Below, in pieces: positions 58,371 to 64,000 of a stretch of DNA of 64,000 nt. The translations under genes and the position numbers were made by a program. Each line of letters begins with the position of its first letter. Position 1 is the first letter of the stretch. The notes beneath the pieces are model-generated. The model had not been told where the DNA came from and searched no databases. It saw only the letters and a list, made by a program, of their open reading frames with translations. This DNA is from Planctomycetota bacterium (GTDB lineage: Bacteria > Planctomycetota > SZUA-567 > JAFGGJ01), in assembly GCA_016930595.1 (NCBI GenBank), contig JAFGGJ010000067.1, positions 2,275 through 66,274 on the forward strand, in the 5' to 3' direction.

Positions 58371-59306
58371 TTACGGAGCGGCGTACGACTGGTATTCCTG
58401 CCACCGGGACGAATAGATTATCATCATCTTCGACAGCACACGGTCGGCCCCGTCGAGATCGTAGTGAAAATCGATCTGCACCCCCAGCGGCACCGTAAGG
58501 TAGCTTATCCCCACGCCTCCCCACGACAACCCTGTGTCGTCGGCGGACGTGTCGCCATCCTGATCGAACGGCCATATCTCGGCATAGTACAGCTTCTCGT
58601 CGTCGTTCGTCGTGTACAGGTACCAGAAAAGAATGTCCGTGAACCCGTCCGCCATCACTTCGCCCAGGTCGCCGGTGCCGCAACTCATGTGTCCAGCCGG
58701 CAACGCGTAGATCGGCAGGCCGTCCGGGTCGCCGGCGAAAGTCGCGCTGGAATAGTCCGCATATACCAGGTCCTCGTCCCGCCACCGCCTCCGCATGAAG
58801 CTCCCCTTGTCGTCGTACATCAACAGGAGCCCTTCCCTGGGGTCGCCCATCGGCAGCATGGTCTGCCCTTCCGGGTCGTCGTTATCGTTGTCTTCGCCGT
58901 CTTCCCACTCGAGCTGGTCTTCGGCCGGGTTGAAGTAGTAAGCCACCCGGTCGATGTGCACCCCGTCCAGCGACGTGTAGAAACACATGCAGTGTTCGAA
59001 CAGCAGCGTCGTGAACATCCCGTCGTTTATCGGCTTCAGCACGCCCCCGCCGCTGTACGGCTTGTACCCGCCCTTCCAGCACATCGAGTTCACTTCACGT
59101 TCCAGAAAATCCGTCGATGTACGGAACCCCGACAGGAACTTCAGCTCCTTCTCCGCCGCCGAATACGAGCTTATCGACGTCGTGTACATGAAGAACACCG
59201 CGTACCCTATCACCATCGCGAGGCTCAGGGCCACCATCAGCTCGATCATCGTGAACCCGCCGGCCCCGCCGCCCCGCCGTATCTTCTTCCCGCATCGACT
59301 CGTCAT
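58371..59306 (-). CDS. prepilin-type N-terminal cleavage/methylation domain protein (large pseudopilin)
   Basis: ATG at 59306 is 14 nt after the upstream stop. Class III signal GGFTMIELMVALSLAMVIGY. Confidence 0.6.
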   Translation of the reverse strand: MTSRCGKKIRRGGGAGGFTMIELMVALSLAMVIGYAVFFMYTTSISSYSAAEKELKFLSGFRTSTDFLEREVNSMCWKGGYKPYSGGGVLKPINDGMFTTLLFEHCMCFYTSLDGVHIDRVAYYFNPAEDQLEWEDGEDNDNDDPEGQTMLPMGDPREGLLLMYDDKGSFMRRRWRDEDLVYADYSSATFAGDPDGLPIYALPAGHMSCGTGDLGEVMADGFTDILFWYLYTTNDDEKLYYAEIWPFDQDGDTSADDTGLSWGGVGISYLTVPLGVQIDFHYDLDGADRVLSKMMIIYSSRWQEYQSYAAP

Positions 59307-59320
59307 GGCCGCACTCCCCG

Positions 59321-60037
59321 TCAGTGCTTCTGCGTATCGGGATTGTACACGCTGAAATAGAATATGTGGTACTTGGCGATACGTTCGCCGTTCAGGATCT
59401 TCGCCTTCACTATCGACGGATCGCTCACTTTCAGGTCCCACGCTATTATCCCCCTCATGCGCATCATGTACTGCCGCATGCCTCTCGAATCATACTCGAT
59501 CTTGTGGCTCGGCGCAGGCACCCCATAGTCCTCCCCGCCGTCGAGAACCCCGTCGTTGTTCAGGTCTATCCACCCGTACCCGTCCCAGTCCACGAACTGC
59601 GTGTCGTACAGGTAGAACCCATGCGTGTTCGGATCGTCGCTCCACGGCGCTCCGCCGCGCTCGGCGTCGTCCACGTCCACCCAGAAGTAGTATCCCCTGT
59701 ACGCGGGTATGTTCTCCCACTTCCGGCTGTCGTCCTGCGCCATCTGGTCGTAAGCCGTTATGTCGTCTATCACCCACTGGTCGCGGTTCGTGTAGAAGTC
59801 CCACCCGCTCGCCGGCGCGGCATACGCCGCGAGCTGGTTCCTTATCGACACGTCGCGCTGGATGATGTTTATGATTATTTCTTCCCGCGCGCGCTTCGCC
59901 TCCCTCAGGTTGTGCGTAAAGAGCGCTATCAGGCTTGCTCCCCCCAGCGCCAGTATCCCAAGGGCGAACAGCACTTCTATCAGCGTAAAGCCGCCCTTAT
60001 CCAGGTACCGGCCGCTACCATGTCCAGGACGTTCCAT
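59321..60037 (-). CDS. prepilin-type N-terminal cleavage/methylation domain protein (pseudopilin)
   Basis: 238-aa ORF with KGGFTLIEVLFALGILALGG. Confidence 0.65.
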   Translation of the reverse strand: MERPGHGSGRYLDKGGFTLIEVLFALGILALGGASLIALFTHNLREAKRAREEIIINIIQRDVSIRNQLAAYAAPASGWDFYTNRDQWVIDDITAYDQMAQDDSRKWENIPAYRGYYFWVDVDDAERGGAPWSDDPNTHGFYLYDTQFVDWDGYGWIDLNNDGVLDGGEDYGVPAPSHKIEYDSRGMRQYMMRMRGIIAWDLKVSDPSIVKAKILNGERIAKYHIFYFSVYNPDTQKH

Positions 60038-60041
60038 CGGC

Positions 60042-60638
60042 CTATTCCTTCCAGATGTACCTGACGCGAACGAAGCTCGTAACCGTGTATATGAACACCT
60101 TGGCCCTGTCTCGCGATACCGCGTCCAGCACTTCTATCACCTTCGTCGTATCGTCCAGCGCATGGCACGAACCGTTAGGGAAAAACTCGAACCCGCTTAT
60201 GTTGTCCAGGTTCCTCGGCGCATACGCCGCCCCCGACAGCGCCGGCATCACGTCCAGTTCGATGTTGCGCGGCAGCTCGATCTTCTCCACCGCGTCCACC
60301 CCCGCCGGCAGCACCCACGTCATCGCCCCCGCATCGTCTTCCTGCACCTGCTCCAGGTATATCTCTATGAAATCCGGCAACTGGTCGTTCGTCCCTATCG
60401 GGTCCGTCTTCGTGTCCGTGAACTTCAGCAGCACCCACTTCCTCTGCCCGATAGCCGTCTGCCTGGCCGCGTGTATGCTGTTCACCACAGCCCTGACCCC
60501 CAGCCGGAAACTCCCCTGGCCGAAAAAGTCCCCCATCGCCATCGCGCCCATGGCCATCACGCCCACCATCACGGCTATCACCACCAGCAGTTCGATCAGC
60601 GTGAATCCCCGCTCGCCCGTCCCGCGTGCTCCACGCAT
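60042..60638 (-). CDS. prepilin-type N-terminal cleavage/methylation domain protein (GspH-like pseudopilin)
   Basis: 198-aa ORF with ERGFTLIELLVVIAVMVGV. Confidence 0.7.
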   Translation of the reverse strand: MRGARGTGERGFTLIELLVVIAVMVGVMAMGAMAMGDFFGQGSFRLGVRAVVNSIHAARQTAIGQRKWVLLKFTDTKTDPIGTNDQLPDFIEIYLEQVQEDDAGAMTWVLPAGVDAVEKIELPRNIELDVMPALSGAAYAPRNLDNISGFEFFPNGSCHALDDTTKVIEVLDAVSRDRAKVFIYTVTSFVRVRYIWKE

Positions 60639-60798
60639 GGCATCTGTCCTTTCATCCGCTTCTTCCGCTCATTATAGTGGCCCTGAAAGGCCATTCCAGG
60701 ACAACAATTCCGCGTCTTTGCGCTGTGGCCGCTCACACGCCCGCTCTATGGCGCGGGCAGGCACCCTTCCCGGTACGCGGGTCTCCCCCCGGGCGGAA

Positions 60799-62670
60799 TC
60801 AGAACCCCAGGTCGTCCACGTTTCCCCACCCGTTGTTCGTATCGGGCTGCGGCGCAGGCGTCGGCTGCCACATGATATTCTGCTGCTGCTCCTGTATCCG
60901 CCTGATTTCCTCCATAACCACGTACGTCATCGCCTGCACCATGTTCTGAACCGCCACGGTGTCCAGCCGCATGTCCAGTTCCACCGACGTGCCCTTAGTC
61001 GTCGCATAGAACAGCATCGGCTTGTCCTTCGCCAGGAACATCTCCAGCGACTTCTTCAACGCCAGGGCGTCCTCCGGCGTCCTCCGGGCCGCTATCGATG
61101 ACGCATAGACATGCAGGTACCTTACCGCCGACGCCACGTTGTATTTCTCCGGCGCACCGGCCATCAGCTCCTTGAATATCCCGCTCCCGGACAGCGGCGT
61201 GCCGTTCTCTCCCGCCGTGATCCTGTCCGCAGCCTGCCGGCCGGCCCCGCCCAGCGTCCAGTACATCACCCCGTCCTTCACCGCCGCGTAGGGCCCCGGC
61301 GGGTCCCCGGCCACACGATACATCATGGCCGCCGTGTTCCCGTCGATGCCCGCCCCATAGTCCAGCCGGACATGGAAACCGTTGATCTCGGGTATCGCCG
61401 TCGCCGTAATCCCGTCCGGTACCAGCGCCAGGACAAAACGCCGTCGCCGCCCCGTCATTCTCTCCTTCATAAGCGAACGCAGCGGGCTTTGCGTGTACGC
61501 CGCCCCCAGCCCGTTCACCGTATCGACGGCTTCCGCCACGCCGACCGCGGGCTTCACCGCCGCCACCCTGTTCATGGTGTCTATCCCCATCACGGCGGAA
61601 CTCGCCACCGCGCAGTTCTCGCTCTCGGGCAGCAGCCCCAGCCCCCGCTCCAGCATCGTCGTGATCAGCAGGTCCGGCGCCTCCGTCTTCGTCTTGTACT
61701 TCTCCAGCAGCCTCGTCATCGTCTTCGCCAGCACCGCCTTGGCGGCCTTCGTGTTGAATGCCCCCGCCATCGCAACGTCGCCTTCCGGTATCAGCGCCGT
61801 AAGGCTCCTCGCCTCGGATACATCCACCTTCTCCTGCGCCCCGATTATCTCCGCCAGCGCACTTTTTTCGGCCGCGTGCACGCTCACCTGCAACCTCACC
61901 AGCCCGCTTTCCGTGTCAATGTCCAGCTTGCCCGTCGCACCGTCCAGCTGCCGCAGCAGTGGAATTATCTCGTCCGAAAATTCCAGGAAGGGCGTGATCA
62001 TCTCCATCATGAATCCCCCTCCGCGCCTCCCCGGGTTCTCCGCCAGCCGCTTCTTCCTCTCCTCTACCATCTTCAGCAGCCGATCCCCGTACGCATCGAC
62101 AAATCCCCTCGTCTTCAGCGTCGCCTCAATGTCGGAATTCACCGGTGAAGCCAGCAGCGGTCCCTGCGCCAGCAGATCCCGCAGCCTCACCGCAAACTCC
62201 TGCGCGTTCGTCAGGAACAGGTTCTCCCCCGAAATACCCATGTACGCGTCGCCCAGCCTCAATAACCCGTCGGCGTCCACCCCCTGCAGCCCTATCGTCT
62301 GCACCATCGCCTGCATCAATACGCTCGCGTCCGTGGCAGTCAGCACCACCGCCGTTTCCAGGTCCTGTCCATCCGCCGAAGGCCTCATCAGCAGCGCCGA
62401 CGGTCTCGCCGTATCCAGTCCCTCCAGCATCGGGTTCTGCAGTCTCGCCGCCGCCTGCGCCTTTACAATCATCCCGGCGCCCGGTTGTACCATGTCCGCT
62501 ATCACCGCCACCTTGTTTATCAGGCTTATCACGTTCCTCGTCTTCACCACCAGCAGAATGTCCTCGGGAATGTTCTCATCCCTCGGCGTCGCCCGGTATT
62601 CCGCCGCCCCCGCGGCGCACATGCACGTCGCAGCGTAAATCAATCCCCCCATCGCCAGCCGCCTCAACAT
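60799..62670 (-). CDS. hypothetical secreted protein (about 620 aa)
   Basis: The ORF runs to 62781. ATG at 62670 gives signal peptide MLRRLAMGGLIYAATCMCAAGAAE. No motif recognised. Confidence 0.5.
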   Translation of the reverse strand: MLRRLAMGGLIYAATCMCAAGAAEYRATPRDENIPEDILLVVKTRNVISLINKVAVIADMVQPGAGMIVKAQAAARLQNPMLEGLDTARPSALLMRPSADGQDLETAVVLTATDASVLMQAMVQTIGLQGVDADGLLRLGDAYMGISGENLFLTNAQEFAVRLRDLLAQGPLLASPVNSDIEATLKTRGFVDAYGDRLLKMVEERKKRLAENPGRRGGGFMMEMITPFLEFSDEIIPLLRQLDGATGKLDIDTESGLVRLQVSVHAAEKSALAEIIGAQEKVDVSEARSLTALIPEGDVAMAGAFNTKAAKAVLAKTMTRLLEKYKTKTEAPDLLITTMLERGLGLLPESENCAVASSAVMGIDTMNRVAAVKPAVGVAEAVDTVNGLGAAYTQSPLRSLMKERMTGRRRRFVLALVPDGITATAIPEINGFHVRLDYGAGIDGNTAAMMYRVAGDPPGPYAAVKDGVMYWTLGGAGRQAADRITAGENGTPLSGSGIFKELMAGAPEKYNVASAVRYLHVYASSIAARRTPEDALALKKSLEMFLAKDKPMLFYATTKGTSVELDMRLDTVAVQNMVQAMTYVVMEEIRRIQEQQQNIMWQPTPAPQPDTNNGWGNVDDLGF

Positions 62671-62904
62671 CACGTCGCTCCCTTCTGCCATGTCCATCTC
62701 TACCCTCTGGAACAAGCTATTATACATGTTGTTCCGCCCCGGGTAACGCTCCTGCCCCAAACCCCAAGCCCCTGTTGACACCGCCCCATCTATCGGTTAG
62801 CATTAAATATAGTAACTCAAGGTGGCGCAAGGGCCTGTCGATACGTAAATATGGTGGATACCGTTGAGTAACGACAGGTTGCTGCAAACTGAAAGGGAAA
62901 AGGC

Positions 62905-64000
62905 ATGTCCCTCCGCAGAGTTTGTCTGGTTTTCGTAATCGGGCTCTTGTCCTCGGCTACCGCCAGGGCGCTCGTCGTCCTTCCCCCCATCAGAACCCCG
63001 GTGGCGGAAGAACCGGCCGTGGTTTCCGAAGACACCTCCGGCGCTCCTCTGCCCGAAGAAGCCGTTGACGTCCCCCTCACGCTCATCCAGTCCGTTACGC
63101 CCGAAACCGCAAAGGAAGAACGCCCTATCAAAACCCTGCGCGCCGAAGAAATCCTCCCGGAATCCCTCCTTGCCTTCGTCTCCATAGAAGACCCCGGCAC
63201 ACTGTGGAAGGAAGTAAAGAAACTCAAAATCTGGGGGCTACTCAGCGAACCCCTCATCGGCGATTTCTTCGACTCTTATTTCAAGAAGTTCGAATCCAGG
63301 TTCAAGGCCGGTGAAGCCGACCCCAGGACATCCGCCGCCATGCTCGGCGCCGCCGGACTCTCCCCCTCCAGAATGCTCGAACTCTTCACCGGCCAGGTCG
63401 CACTCGCAGCCTGCCGCCCCGAAAAGAACAAGGAAAACTACTACCTCGTCATCCAGCTCCAACAGGGCCGTCAGTCCATCCATGATATGGTTGAAGAATT
63501 CAGCTCCCAGGTCGAAACGCGCCACCCCGACGTCATCGTCAGCCCCACCCTTTTCAACGACATGGACGTTACCAACTTCGAGCTCCCCGACGGCAGTCAT
63601 TTCGGCTATACCTACATCGAAAACCTCCTGGTCGTCGGCAAAGGCAAAGGCGCCATCGAATACCTCATCTCCGAATACCAGGATCCCGGCAGGCGGGCTT
63701 TCATCGCCTCCAGGCAATACCAGCAGGTGTACCGCAGTCTCGGTGAAGGCGCCATGGTCTTCTATATCATCGACTTCCCCGCCGTCGCGCAGCTCGCCTC
63801 GGCCTCCGGCAAATTCACTCTCGGCCCCTCCGCTTCCGAAGACGCCAAGAAGCTCTTCTCCGATCTCCGCTCCGGCGACGTCATGAACATCGGCCTCATA
63901 TCCGGCTCCGCCTTCCCTATGGCCGGCGGCGTGCGCGACCGTATCCAGATCGACGCTCTTGACCGAACGAAAGGTTTCGCCTACAGGGGCAAAACCTGGA
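62905..64000 (+). CDS. hypothetical secreted protein, 3'-truncated by the window end
   Basis: Absent from the ORF track because it has no stop. Hand translation from ATG 62905 (RBS gaaagggaaaagg) is open to 64000, with GC3-rich codons and signal peptide MSLRRVCLVFVIGLLSSATARA. Confidence 0.55.
   Translation, partial: MSLRRVCLVFVIGLLSSATARALVVLPPIRTPVAEEPAVVSEDTSGAPLPEEAVDVPLTLIQSVTPETAKEERPIKTLRAEEILPESLLAFVSIEDPGTLWKEVKKLKIWGLLSEPLIGDFFDSYFKKFESRFKAGEADPRTSAAMLGAAGLSPSRMLELFTGQVALAACRPEKNKENYYLVIQLQQGRQSIHDMVEEFSSQVETRHPDVIVSPTLFNDMDVTNFELPDGSHFGYTYIENLLVVGKGKGAIEYLISEYQDPGRRAFIASRQYQQVYRSLGEGAMVFYIIDFPAVAQLASASGKFTLGPSASEDAKKLFSDLRSGDVMNIGLISGSAFPMAGGVRDRIQIDALDRTKGFAYRGKTW

Overview
This is a high-GC, densely coding bacterial chromosomal window with about 60 genes, one tRNA and one riboswitch. 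No rRNA or CRISPR array is present. All calls come from reading the supplied ORF translations and the DNA by eye, since no homology search could be run.

The gene content suggests an anaerobic, glycan-degrading member of the PVC superphylum (Kiritimatiellota, Lentisphaerota or Verrucomicrobiota-like). That placement is inference only. It rests on a GH29 fucosidase, two heparinase II/III-like proteins, GH4, an Asp-box double propeller, parallel beta-helix proteins, SGNH and alpha/beta esterases, Gfo/Idh/MocA and xylose-isomerase-like TIM enzymes, and many prepilin-type N-methylation proteins.

Secure housekeeping anchors are groES-groEL, proB, gap, rpe, thi4-thiE behind a TPP riboswitch, and tRNA-Pro(UGG).

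The most unusual points are:
- Five uroporphyrinogen-decarboxylase (URO-D/MtaA)-family paralogues within 32 kb. All sit beside sugar or transport genes rather than heme genes. One AraC-controlled module has two of them plus two membrane proteins.
- An orphan CbbQ/NorQ AAA+ and CbbO/NorD VWA pair with no RuBisCO or nitric-oxide reductase nearby.
- A small lower-GC islet directly after tRNA-Pro. It is bounded by a 12-bp repeat of the tRNA 3' end and followed by a recombinase remnant.
- A roughly 3.3-kb low-GC redox island (FAD oxidoreductase, 2x[4Fe-4S] protein, DtxR-type regulator, SAM methyltransferase).
- An ECF-sigma module with two anti-sigma-like proteins. It carries a perfect 38-bp palindrome (three 15-bp tandem units) just inside the gene after the sigma factor.
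- A three-gene pseudopilin operon next to two divergent, uncharacterised secreted proteins.

None of these can be shown to be novel without database searches.
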